Under the pieces are notes generated by a model. It did not search any database and was not told the origin of the DNA. It saw only the letters and a list, made by a program, of their open reading frames with translations. A DNA stretch of 64,000 nucleotides. Origin: Centroscyllium fabricii (Eukaryota). This document shows positions 37,744 through 49,855 of this stretch, one piece after another (the stretch's first letter is position 1; the number at the start of each line of letters is the position of its first letter). The position numbers and the translations under genes are program-made. The stretch lies in assembly GCA_051313645.2 (NCBI GenBank), contig JBNRSN020000007.1:133486001-133550000 (forward strand), written 5' to 3'.

Positions 37744-39137
37744 TTGATACAAATATATATCTGACAATCCATACTTTTTTCAATATTAAAACCTATTGGG
37801 GATATTTTGGCAGGTGCCATTGTAAATTAATTCTTCTCCAGACAGAAGAATCTACCCATTTTAATTGATGGGTTTATATTGTCTCACTCATGTTTCTGAT
37901 TGGATGCAGTTCCTTGAAAGCTTGGATCCACCGGTTCAGAATTCCCAATGGTGCTGTTGCTTTGTTTGCGTTGTGTCAGATTTGCTAGCTGCTGTAGTTT
38001 CTATTTTATGAACTGCTTTACACTATTTTCGCTACAACTGGACATGTAACTTCGATGCCAAATTGCCATTTTCAATGTAGAACTAACAGAGCAACTCAGT
38101 TTTGTGAAAGATGAGGTAGATCACAGCGATGAACAACTAGTGACACACTGGCAACGCTGCCTCTACTCTTTGCTTCAATGCACTCTCTTCTGGTAACTGT
38201 CTTCCTAGTGAATCTACTGGACAGCACTGTCCCTTTCAGATATCTGATCCACGTTTGCTCTGTGATTAAGCGAAGCACCTCGTTTCAGGTGAGCAGCCTC
38301 TGTGGGAGTCTGGCATTAGGCTCTGCTGTGAGTCTGGAGGTACCCAGACAACAAAACATGTATCACCGGCTCCCCAAGTCTCCCATTACTGAAACTGACT
38401 GCTGTAATCCACTGACACAATCACAGACCAACATTTCCCTGGTTGGTTCCTGGAACGGGCTAGATGGTCCAAATGGCCTCCTTCTGTGCTGTAACCATTC
38501 TATGATTCTAACCTTGGTCCGCTTGCGCTATGCAGGGAGGCCAATGGAGGGAGAAAAACATCTGCCCTCAGCTATACTGCATTGTAAAAGCACCATAAAA
38601 ATCACAATTCCACAAAACCTGATAAAAACATGAAACCCAATGGATATGTAGCACAGCACAAAACTCTTAACGGCTAAATTCTGTTCTCTTGAAGTGTATT
38701 GACATGTATGTAATACAGAACAGATTTATGTAATTCCATACATACTGCATCTGAGCTGTGGCCTATTCTCCTTATTATATTGTCTGGCTCAACAAATGAT
38801 TCAAGGACACCTGCTTAAAGAACTTGCTCTAATTATCAACATCGACTGACATAACAATTTTTACAAAAGATTGGAGAGCTCCCTAAAGAAAAAATATAAA
38901 TTTTATTAAACACCCATTTGTGGTTATTTTCATCTTCTCGCAGCAGCAGGATTTCACTGCCATGGAAACTATGCTACACATTTCTGTAGCGGACACTCGC
39001 TTAACACTGACCACCTCCATCCCCAGCACTGCCATTATAAAGTTAGACTACGAAGACGTCCCAAATCTTTGGCTCAATCTGTATGAAGTTTTAAGTGTTC
39101 CAGGTTGGCAGGAGTCTGTGATGGTGTGAAGCAAACA

Positions 39138-39853
39138 CAGACCTGAATTTCCGATCGGAGGCTTCCTGCGGGCGGATGCCTCCGATCTGGAAAAATCTAC
39201 GCACTTACTCGTTGGTTCCATAGGTCCCGAGACTTGTGACCCTGGGCCTCTGCTCCACGAAATGCGCAGGGGCCCAGGTATCCCAGGGATGCATGTGGTT
39301 CGCAACCGTCCCTGGGATCATGGGGGCCATGGGGAACTAATCAATGAAGGGAACCCCCCTGCACACTTTTGACAGGTCTCCATGCATAGATCTGTCAAAA
39401 GTATGAATGAGGATCACTTAAAAAAAAGTTAAACGCTACATAATTTTTTTTAAATCACATATTTAAAATTAGTTAAAATTACATTACATTAAATATTTTA
39501 AACAAAAATGTAATTTTTGAAAAAAATAATTAAAGTTTTTTACTGGGCTAAAAATAAACCTACCTTTTTTAAATTATAAATGAGTGGAGAATTTTTTTTA
39601 TTTTTTATAACTCTTATGCTGGTAAAAGCAGGTGTAATTTTTTTTAAGGTTTTCAGTGTGCAGTGGTTGTGCAGAAAGTGGAACTCTCCACCTGCGGAGG
39701 CCCTTCTCCCGGGCAGGCGGATGATCTGTCAAGAGAATTCTTGACAGATCGGAAGTGCCGGGTTTTAATGTATGTGCTTTGCATGCCTGAAACCGGCACT
39801 TGTGAGGCCCCTACGAGTGCGTACACACCCTGGGCGTCGGAATGTCCGGCCCC
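39138..39853. mobile_element. Probable Harbinger-like MITE
   Basis: Degenerate TIRs (GACCTGAATTTCCGA / GGCCGGACATTCCGA), GC-rich arms around an AT-rich core; TSD unclear. Confidence 0.45.
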
Positions 39854-40321
39854 ATATGGTCTTTCTAAAGCTTCGTCTTTTATGATCTTTTGTCATGCCC
39901 TTCGTGTTCGTGCTCCTCACCTCACACTTCCAAGTTTTTTAGAAAAAGAAAAGCCAACTATATTTTTCCATATTCAAGCAGACATTCATGTCTAGGTAAA
40001 CGATTTCCCCAGTAGCAGTCTTTTACCAAGCTCCTATAACAAGGGGCCAAAGACCTTATAATTCACTCCATGACTCTAGTGCTGGCGAATGATGGGACAT
40101 ATAAAAGGAACCCAGTCGTACTACAACAGCAACCTTAATTGATCTAACACCTTTAATGTAATAAAAGGTCCCAAGACGCTTCACAGCAGCATCATTAGGA
40201 GAGGTGATCAGAAGATCGGTCAAAGAGATAGGTTGTAAGGAGCAACTCGCAAAATATTCCACTCACGTAAGACAGCCGGTGAAGCAGTTGTTGGGCCAGT
40301 GTTGGGCATGGTGGCATAGTG

Positions 40322-40640
40322 GGGTGGCACGGTGGCATAGTGGTTAGCACTGTTGCCTCACAGCGCCGGGGGACCGGCTTCAAATCCAGCCTCGGGCGAC
40401 TATCTGTGTGGAGTTTGCACATTCTCCACATGTCTGCGTGGGTTTCCTCCGGGTGCTCCGGTTTCCTCCCACAGTCCAAAGATGTGCGGGTTAGGTTGAT
40501 TTGCCATGATAAATTGACCCTTAGTGATAAGGGGATTAAATATGTGGGGTTACGGGGATAGGGTGGGATATGTGTCGGTGCAGGCTCGATGGGCCGAAAT
40601 GGTCTCTATCTGCACTGTCGGGATTCTATGATTCTATGAT
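40322..40640 (+). mobile_element. HE1-type V-SINE, short tail
   Basis: tRNA head (5' 17 nt duplicated upstream), V-domain, tail GGGATTCTATGATTCTATG. Confidence 0.88.
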
Positions 40641-41721
40641 CTATGTGGCCAGTTCCATGGCATGAATTATATAAATTCTATATCCACCAATGAGTGCTGT
40701 ATCTGGAGAGAAATGTCAACTAACTGGTTCTATGTCTTTGAAAAGGTAAATTATCTTGGTGTTATTTCACTTTATGCAGCTACCCTGAAAATCAGGTCAA
40801 ACCATTTTAATGACTAGTTATTAAATACGTCACATGCCTTTTCTTTTTAAAAAAAAGGTTGTTAATGCAGCTGCCCTGATAATTGTAGCATAATCATCAT
40901 AAAAAGGTTAATCTAAGTGAGTCATTATTGTCAGGCTAATAGGTTTGCTCTCGATACATGCAGTACAAAACAGAAAAGTTTTTTCAGATAAACATATTGG
41001 GAGCAATCAGTATTTTCAGACGAGATCCTATAATTATCATTCACACTGACAGGTGAAGAGCGATATACAACAGATCTATAATTTTACCACACATCCCTTT
41101 TTGCTCAACGTATAACATAGCATTACCTGCTCTTCAACATTCTATTATTATTAAATTAAATGGAAAGTTTAAGTTCAATGCTTACTATGCTTTGTGCAGT
41201 ACAAGGAGTCGATTTCTTCATTGGCTAAAATGTGTTCTACACATACACTCAGAAATTATCCCTTTTTTGTTGATCTTTATAAAAAATTACAACTGCACAG
41301 TGTAAAATGCCAGAATACTTCATGTTTTAGTGACTGGAAGAGTAACGCGGTTTAAAAGAGTCTTTATTACCTCTGTTCAGAACAGGAATTGTGACCTTTA
41401 CCCTTGTAGTTATTGTACACCAGTATGATGGATGGGTTCAATCTAGTTTATGTCTCAATGATAAAGACTGAAGATACACCTCCAAAACTCTTGTTTTCAC
41501 TTTGTGTCTTAATGGTGTCTGCTTTTGCATTTATACTGGTGCCTACAAGTGGCCTATCGTGTGCCAGTTTAGTACTGGTTCCTACAAGTGGCCTATCGTG
41601 TGCCAGTTTAGTACTGCTTGGCCTATGCTGAAGTGGGCCAAGAACTTGCACCTGTAAGTTATTTGCGGCTTTTAAACTACAGTACCATTTTTTTGGATCA
41701 TGTTGTGGGAGAGCAGTCTTC

Positions 41722-42170
41722 AGAGTGTCATGTTCCCTACTGAGTGCCATGCTCCCTTCGGAAAGCCATGCTCCTTTTGGAATGCCATGCTCACTTCAGT
41801 GTGCCATGCTCCCTTCGGAATGCCATGCTCTCTACTGAGTGCCATGCTCCCTTCAGAATACCATGCCCCCTTCGGAATGCCATGCTCCCTTCAGGATGCC
41901 ATGCTTTCTACTGAGTGCCATGTTCCCTTCGGAGTGCCCTGCTCCCTTCGGAATACCATGCTCCCTTCGGAGTGCCATGCTCCCTTCGAAATACCATGCT
42001 CCCTTCGGAATGCCATGCTTTCTACTGAGTGCCATGTTCCCTTCGGAGTGCCATGCTCCCTTCGGAATGCCATGCCTTCTTTGGAATGCCATGCTCCCTT
42101 TGGTGTACCATGCCCCTTTCGGTGTGTCATGCTCCCTAGTGTGTACCACGCTCCCATCAGAGTGCCATGC
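41722..42170. repeat. 19-bp minisatellite (~23 copies)
   Basis: Unit TGCCATGCTCCCTTCGGA(A/G). Confidence 0.9.
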
Positions 42171-42860
42171 TATCTCTTTTATAGAAACCATTGCGAGCCC
42201 ATCCCCATAGTCATGTTGGGCACCACTGTGTAAATGTGTGAGACCAGTGGCCTGTGTTTACTCCCCTGGAACAGAAAGACAGAACTCAGTGACAGTTCAC
42301 ACTGAGGAGTGCAGCCTACAGTGGGAGGACTGTGTCGATTGCTGGCTGCACACCTCCTGCGTGCTGGCACGGGTACTCGATAAAGGGAGCATTTTGTTCC
42401 AGTGCACTATTCCGTCAATGATGTGGTAGTCGATGGTTCTCTGCACCGTTAGCATTTATTTCTGTACCCACCCCTCCACCCACCTTCCCCCACATTGTCC
42501 CGCATGAACAAGGTCGAGCATTTTCAACCAAGCCAAGCTAGACCTCACTTCAGCATGGACTAAATCAGAGAAAGGGACATAATAATTAACTGTTCGAAAG
42601 GGAACCTCTAGAGGTAATTTTCAGGCCATTGTTAAGCAATGTGATTCGACCTCACCCAGTAGTGAGAAATTCCTTTCCTACTTGCATTAATATGCAAAAG
42701 TTACAAACTTCCATTTGCCAGCAATGCCAATCCACCATTTCAGTGCAGCAAAAGTAATACAAATCCACTGCTGCTGCAGAGCTACAGTTGTACTTTTACA
42801 AAGGCAGAGTCTCCTCTCATTTCACACCTTACTGTGCACTAAAACCTAATAAAAGACACA

Positions 42861-43084
42861 AATAACAACAGAAAATGCTGGGAAAACTCAGTAGGCCAGG
42901 CAGCATCGGTGGAGAGAAACAGAGTTAACGTTTCAGGTCGATGACCTTTCATCAGAAGAAGAAAGGTCATCGACCTGCAACGTTAACTCTGTTTCTCTCT
43001 CCACTGATGCTGCCTGGCCTGCTGAGTTTCTCCAGCATTTTCTGTTCTTACTTCGGATTTCCAGCATCCGCAGTGTTTTGCGAT
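42861..43084. mobile_element. Palindromic Penelope-like insertion (inverted terminal repeats plus 3' extension)
   Basis: Inverted arms ~42861-42953 / ~42961-43050, 16-bp TSD CCTAATAAAAGACACA (42845-42860, 43085-43100), hammerhead motif. Confidence 0.8.
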
Positions 43085-43534
43085 CCTAATAAAAGACACA
43101 CCTGGCCTACAGTGTTCAGGCCGTACTTTACAATGCAGGGCAGCAGTGAAATGAAGGCTTTTGAATTGTTTCCTCCTTCTATGGACCACACACACATCAA
43201 TTACTGCAATCATGCCACTTCTTGTCTTTTTTTAAACTCTTTCAATTAGTGACCAACAATACAAGCAATTCATTACCTTTCATGTACAAAGCTAGAGTTC
43301 CAAAGAATTCAATAACTTCACACACCAGACTGGGTTGCTCTTTCTAAAGGCATTTTTTTTACATTACTGATTCAGCATGTGTGGGTCTCATGCGGGGGGT
43401 CGATGGATCTGCCAAATATAAACTGACCACCCTCTATTCAGGCCTCAGCAATGGACCCTCTATACTTGGGTCTATGAATCTGCACCCAGTATTGCCAACT
43501 GCCACAATAGCCTTGTAGGTGCACTGGGCCTATA

Positions 43535-43750
43535 ACTTCCATTTATATAGCACCTTTCATGACCTCAGGACATCTCAAAGTGCTTTACAGCCAATGAAGT
43601 ACTTTTGAAGTGTAGTCACTGTTGTAATGTAGGAAACGCAGCAGCCAATTTGCACACAGCAAGGTCCCACAAACAGCAACGTGAAAATGACCAGATAATC
43701 CATCTTTTTTTTTGGTAATGTTGGTTGAGGGATAAATATTGGCCAGGACA
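43535..43750 (-). mobile_element. Deu-SINE 3' half
   Basis: Homologous to 45640-45820 and 48715-48875. Confidence 0.7.
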
Positions 43751-45147
43751 TGTTATAGATCAGTTAGAAGTCCATACCACAATTGGTGTGAAACATGCAG
43801 CAAGATCTCATGCCTTTGGAGATTTGGTTTGAAATTCAAGAAATCATTTTTACCTGCCGTATAACAGCCAGATATTTTTTTTAAACTGTTCAGTGGGCAG
43901 TGTGCCGATGAACAACAACTTGCATTTATATAGCGTAGTACAACGTCCCAAGGTGGTTCACAGGAACAATTATCAAACAAAATTTGACACCGAGCCACAT
44001 AAAGTGATATTAGGACAGGTGACCAAAAGCTTGCTCAAAGGGCTCGGTTTTAAGCAACGACCTAAAGGAGGAGAGGTAGGGCCAAGACTCATAAATTGAA
44101 CCCTCCTCCCACGCGCCTCCCCCTTAACTACTGAGATCCACAGTTCCAGCAAAAGACCAGTTGCTTCCCCACAGACGTGACAAAAGAAAATCCGAAGGAA
44201 AGCCAGCCCCCAGGCAGCTCGCATGCACCTCCTAGTGGCTGATCCTCAGCAACACAAATGGAGGCCTGGGAACAGGTTGCCCCGACACCCTCAGTTCATC
44301 ACCTACCCACATAACAAAAAAAAACTGACCTTCCCAGTGATAAGAGTTAAACTGCTGCTCGTGCGTAAATTATATCAGAGTAAAATTACGCGGGTCAGTT
44401 GAAAACATTAAATTGTACATGCATTCTATTGATTGGTGCCTTAGATGTTGTATGTTTTTGCAACCGTCTCTTGAGTTGCATGTTTGCAAGGAGCTGCTTT
44501 TCTGTAGCTCTTGTCAGGATATAGCAAATACTTCCCCTGTTATTGAACCCAGAGCTTTGAATGAGTGTACAGTAAGGGCAGTAATTACTCAGTAAGGGCA
44601 GCCTCCTCCTTCCCTTACAGCAGGTCCCCAGGGGCAAGTACATTTTCTTTCCATGATTACTTGCATATGCGTGTTAACAATTAAACTTTTACAAACCTGC
44701 TGCCAATTTCATGTTGCATTTTTATTTTTAATTCACTGCGGTATCATGAAGGGCTGAGTTGTGCTTGTTTTTTGGCAAATCTGCTTTTTATCCCCCTATT
44801 TTGTATTCAGGATGTCTAAAAGGTCAAATTAAATGATTAGCAGTTGATGCATTTAAAATGTTTCATAAATTCTGAGACATTTCCCACTCATGACACAATC
44901 TCAGTAATATGCTGCCTTCGTGCAATGATCTATTAGAACACATCTGTTACATTTGGACTATTATTTATGTCTGGAACGACAGAATAGGAGTAAATTCTGT
45001 TTTATATGAGATTTCTTGTTCTCCCTCTCCCACTGGGCCGTGCTTTGGCAGAGATGACCTGTGTCAAGGCTTCTACAAATGCTGCTTTGAGCTGGCTGCT
45101 GTGGCGCTGGTCCTTCAAGGACAATGCTATTCTCAGGTTTCCAGCAA

Positions 45148-45502
45148 TCATAGAATCATAGAATCCCGACAGTGCAGATAGAGGCCATTTCGGCCCATCG
45201 AGCCTGCACCGACACATATCCCACCCTATCCCCGTAACCCGTACATATTTAATCCCCCTAAAACCCCACATATTTAATTGCCCTATAACCCCACATAGTT
45301 AATCCCCCTAACACTAAGGGTCAATTTATCATGGCCAATCAACCTAACCCGCACATATTTGGACTGTGGGAGGAAACCGGAGCACCCGGAGGAAACCCAC
45401 GCAGACACGGGGAGAATGTGCAAACTCCACACAGATAGTCACCCGAGGCTGGATTTTAACCCGGGCCCCTAGCGCTGTGAGGCAACAGTGCTAACCACTA
45501 TG
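45148..45502 (-). mobile_element. HE1-type V-SINE, short tail
   Basis: Reverse complement of the 40322-40640 family. Confidence 0.88.
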
Positions 45503-45639
45503 CAATGATGCTCTGTAACCGGTGGTTGGCCCTTCAATTTTACCTCCCGGAGGAGTCTCCTGTCCTTCACTTGGTGTCTCCACCTATCCCCCTCCATCCA
45601 ACTCCAGACCTCAGTCAACACCGCATTCTAACACCTTCT

Positions 45640-46135
45640 GAAAGAAAGACTTGCGCATTTGCTGTATAATTGCACATCTCAAAGTGCTTTGCAGCCAACT
45701 GTTGTAATGTGGGAAACACAGCAGCCAATTTGCAAACAGCAAGTTCCCAGAAACAGCAATGTGATCATGACCAGATAACCTGTTTTTGTTATGTTGATTG
45801 AGGGATAAATATTGGCCAGGACACCGAGGATAACTCTTCGAAATAGTGCCACGGGATCTTTTACGTCCACCTGAGAGCAGATGAGACCTCGGTTTAACGT
45901 CTCATCCGAAAGACGGCACTTCCAACAGTGCAGCACTCCCTCAGCACTGGACTGGAGTGTCAGCCTAGCTTTATGTGCTCAAGTCACTGGAGTGCGATTT
46001 GAACCCACAACCTTCTGACTCAGAAGACGTCTATATTTCTCTCCACGGATGTTGCCTGGCCTGCTGAGTTTTTCCAGCGTTTTCTGTTGTTATTATGACT
46101 CAGAAGACAAGTGTGCTACCCACTGAGTCACAGCT
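45640..46135 (-). mobile_element. Near full-length tRNA-headed Deu-SINE, interrupted by a Penelope-like fragment
   Basis: rc A/B boxes (GACTCAGTGG, GGTTCAAATC) and Deu core; insertion 46028-46096 flanked by TSD TGACTCAGAAGAC. Confidence 0.75.
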
Positions 46136-46779
46136 GCACAGTGTTGAGGTCCCCCAATGGTTTCCTTAAGTTTTTTTTTAAAGTTTACTGCAAATGAAAA
46201 CATGTGTGAAGAGGGCTGCCAGTGTAATCCTAGCTGTAAAGTAAAGCAGCGCATTTCAGCATACCGACTATCAAATGGAAATGTGTCACAAAGTAAAACA
46301 CATCCTTTTCATTAGGAATGAAATCAATTAAGCACAAGATTTTTTTTTAAATTTAGCTAATAGGTAATTAATTTTTGTTTCACCATATGAACCAGTGAGA
46401 ATGAGAGCTAGAAAGTAGCCTGAGCAGCTAAGTGTCTGTATGTTTGGCCAACAAATTTTAAATATGCCTGAATCGCATTTGTCAGTTCTATTCTAGCAAT
46501 CTTTTCAGCATACAGCAGCAACAAGTAAAATGACCCCTGTACGCATCAGGACAGCTTTAAGGCACTTACTGGGTTGTTTTAGTTCCTGTCTGGCGACCAT
46601 GAGCTACATGCAATTCTCCTCCCTTTAACATTTGGATCAGGCGCTGGTCTCTGTAAGCATGCGAGGCTCTGGGGTGTAATACAGAGACTCAGATTGCAAA
46701 TATCTGGGACTGAATCTCACCGTTTGCTGTCCTGGAATAGGCAAGCCTTAACCCAACAGCAGATTCACGGGGCTCCCAA

Positions 46780-47630
46780 CAGGTTAGGTGATTGGGCAAA
46801 AACATGGCAAATGCACTATAATGTGGATAAATGTGAGGTTATCCACTTTGGTGGCAAAAGCAGGAAGGCAGATTATTATTTGAATGGCAATAGATTGGGA
46901 GAAGGGGAAGTGCAGAGACCTGGGTGTTCTTGTGCACCAGTCGCTGAAGGTAAGCATGCAGGTGCAGCTGGCAGTTAAGAAGGCAAATGGTATGTTGGCC
47001 TTTGTAGCAAGGGGGTTTGAGTACAGGAACAAGGATATCTTGCTGCAGCTGTACAGGGCCTTGGTGAGACCGCACCTCGAGTACTGTATGCAGTTTTGGT
47101 CGCCTTATCTGAGGAAGGATGTTCTTGCCATGGAAGGAGTGCAGCAAAGATTCACCAGGCTGATACTGGGATGGCAGAAATGATGTATGAGGAGAGATTG
47201 TGTCGCTTGGGCTTATACTCACTGGAGTTTAGAAGATTGAGAGGGGATCTCATCGAAACCCATAAAATTCTAACAGGCCTGGACGGACTAGATGCAGGAA
47301 GAATGTTCCCGATGGCTAGGGAGTCCAGAACCAGGGGTCATAGTCTAAGGATAAGGGATAAGCCATTTAGGACAGAGATGAGGAGCAATTTCTTCACCCA
47401 GAGAGTGGTAAACCTGTGGAATTCTCTGCCACAGAGGGCGGTGGAGGCCAGTTCATTAAATATATTCAAGAGCTGGATATATTCCTTAAGGCTAAAGGTA
47501 TCAAGGGATATGGGGAGAAGGCAGGAACAGGGTACTGAATTTGGATGATCAGCCATGATCTCATTGAATGGCGGAACAGGTTCGAGGGGCCGAATGGCCG
47601 ACTCCGTCCTATCTTCTATGTTTCTATGTT
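46780..47630 (+). mobile_element. CR1 LINE 3' fragment with intact 3'UTR
   Basis: NVDKCEVIHFG, RDLGVLV, LVRPHLEYC, RRLRGDLIE motifs; tail (TTTCTATG)n. Confidence 0.9.
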
Positions 47631-48414
47631 TTACCCCCAGGTCTTGTGCTGTTTATAGGTAGCAATGTAACCAGCACCAGTCTGCTGTACTCCTGTAATG
47701 TAAATGTAACTTTCTATGATTCAATCCAAACCCTGGCCTTCGTTTATCCCCTCTCTATTGGTAAGATGATGATACCAATACTCAACGCTTTGTCCAGAAG
47801 CTCAGTTTCGATGAGAGGCTGCCCTCTGGATGACATTAAAAGGGATGCCATTGTTATGGAAAGATTCTGGTCTGATTCAAGCTTTTATACAGATCACACA
47901 AACACCCGAGGTGGCCATTTAGATGACAATGGGACAAATATAAAGGATGCACATTCTTTCCAAGGGAGTACCATGCATTACTGAACTTCACGGGCCTTTT
48001 TGTAACCTTTCCAATCCTTGTGGAATGTGCCCATACTGGGGTATTTCACACAATAGATTCAATGATAGCTGCTTATGGGTCAATAACCTACATTGCAACC
48101 CATCCCTGTGTGAGTTTGGCCTTCACCTTATCTTGATGAATGATAATTGGAACATGCCTGCAGCACCTTCCTTTAACAAAACAGTAGAAATCTAAACAAG
48201 CAGTAAATCTTCAGATTGAATGGTTCAGATTACTATGCCAGACAGCTAAAAATTCAATTAAGTGGCCTGAACTAATGCTTGGTCATAATATGCATAAAAA
48301 GTCATAATTTACACAACACATCTATCAGCAACCCAAACAAGTATGCATAAATAATCATTTTATATCGCCTAAGTTAAAATTATTGTTCAAATTGATTGTT
48401 ATTTATATATATTT

Positions 48415-48580
48415 AAGGCGGCGATACAGATTTTTGAAAAACATGGGAGTCAAGGGTTATGGGGAGCGGGCAGGGAAGTGGAGTTGAAGCCAAGATCAGA
48501 TCAGCCATAATCTCATTGAATGGCGGAGCAGGCTCGAGGGGCCAAATGGCCTACTCCTGCTCCTATTTCTTATGTTCTTG
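48415..48580 (+). mobile_element. CR1 3'UTR fragment
   Basis: GATCAGCCAT.ATCTCATTGAATGGCGGAGCAGGCTCGAGGGGCC...CCTACTCCTGCTCCTATTTCTTATG. Confidence 0.75.
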
Positions 48581-48879
48581 TTTAGTTGGGTAATTGACTA
48601 ATTATGAATCACCTTCCCTGTATGATGTCACAATTCTGCATTACATCAATAACGGCCATTATTTTACCCAGCAGTATTCTGTGACGAGGATCATCAAAGT
48701 TAAAGAAAGACTCCAATAGAGCCTTTCACAGCCTCAGGATGTCCCAAAGTGTTTTACAGCCAATAAAATACTTTTTGAGGTGTAGTCACTGTTGTAATGT
48801 AAGAAGTGCGGCAGCCAATTTGTGCACAGCAAGCTCCCACAAACAGAAATGTGATAATGACCAGATAATCTGTTCATTA

Positions 48880-49190
48880 ATTAATTTGGAGTGACACCTG
48901 CCAACGACCGGAAGCTGTGCAGAAGCGTACTGTGCATTAATCTGGAACCAAAAGCTTCTTTTTTTTCCCCCAGAGATTTTTCCCTCACAGCCCGCTCTCT
49001 CACAGCATTTTTCCTCACAGTCCGCTCCCTCCCAGCATTTTTCCTCACAGTCCGCTCCCTCCCGGCATTTTGCCTCACAGCCCCCACTCCCTCCCGACAT
49101 TTAAAACATTTTTTAACGAACCCGCTTCTGTGACGAACCGGCAGCAGTCATGCGCAGTCCGCTTCCGGTTCGTTGGCATCAATCATGTCC
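48880..49190. mobile_element. Small inverted-repeat element with internal 30-bp repeats (unclassified)
   Basis: IR TGCCAACGACCGGAAGC (48899-48915) / GCTTCCGGTTCGTTGGCA (49161-49178); ~4 x 30-bp repeat 48978-49100; truncates a Deu-SINE. Confidence 0.5.
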
Positions 49191-49720
49191 TAATAAATTT
49201 GTGATTCGAATGCGCTATTTAATTCAGTAACATAGAAACTTCACAATATCGCTTAGTTGATATTTAATCAGGTATGAAGGCTGTTAAAATCTTAAATATA
49301 ACTTTATTTTTAACTTTATTTGAAGTTTTTATCCTTCTAAAAGTGCCCTTGCCTTGCACCACCCCGCCCAACCCCAACCCAATTTTCTGTCTTCACTTTC
49401 CCCTCTCTCATCCCACAGAACACATTTCCAGTACCCGAGAGAAAATAGCAAATGTCCTCTGCTCCCAGCCAATGATGCTCATGGCTGGGTGCCAGGATGT
49501 GCATAAGTGGAACTTGGTGGAGATTCCAGCCATTCAATTCTGCTCTTTCCAGCCAGGAGTTTCTTGATCTTTGCTCAGTGCCTACACCAGCAGGGTGGCT
49601 AAGTTTAAAGAGCTCAGCAGAGGTAACGCATCAAAGCTATTTCACACCAACCTGCGATGTGATGGTTCTCCATTATACTGCCATTTTATTTTTGAAAAAA
49701 TATCCAGCAAGCATGCTTTA

Positions 49721-49855
49721 GTCTTGACAAAGGGTCCTAACCCGAAACGTCGACTCTATATTTCTCTCCACCGATGCTGCCTGGCCTGCTGAGTTTTTCC
49801 AGCATTTTCTGTTGTTATTTCGGATTTCCAGCATCTGCAGTATTTTGCTATCATA
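49721..49855 (+). mobile_element. Penelope-like terminal fragment with degenerate hammerhead
   Basis: TSD CATGCTTTA on both sides; AGTC-tTGACaA-AGGGTC-ctaa-CCC-GAAA-CGTC-GACT. Confidence 0.65.

Larger units (their letters stand above)
34500..38134. mobile_element. Inverted-repeat (foldback-like) element enclosing a satellite
   Basis: ~105-bp inverted repeats 34500-34609 and 38025-38134; TSD and exact termini not resolved. Confidence 0.6.

Noticed and set aside
41535-41618. 39-bp tandem duplication
   Set aside because: Simple two-copy local duplication with no further structure
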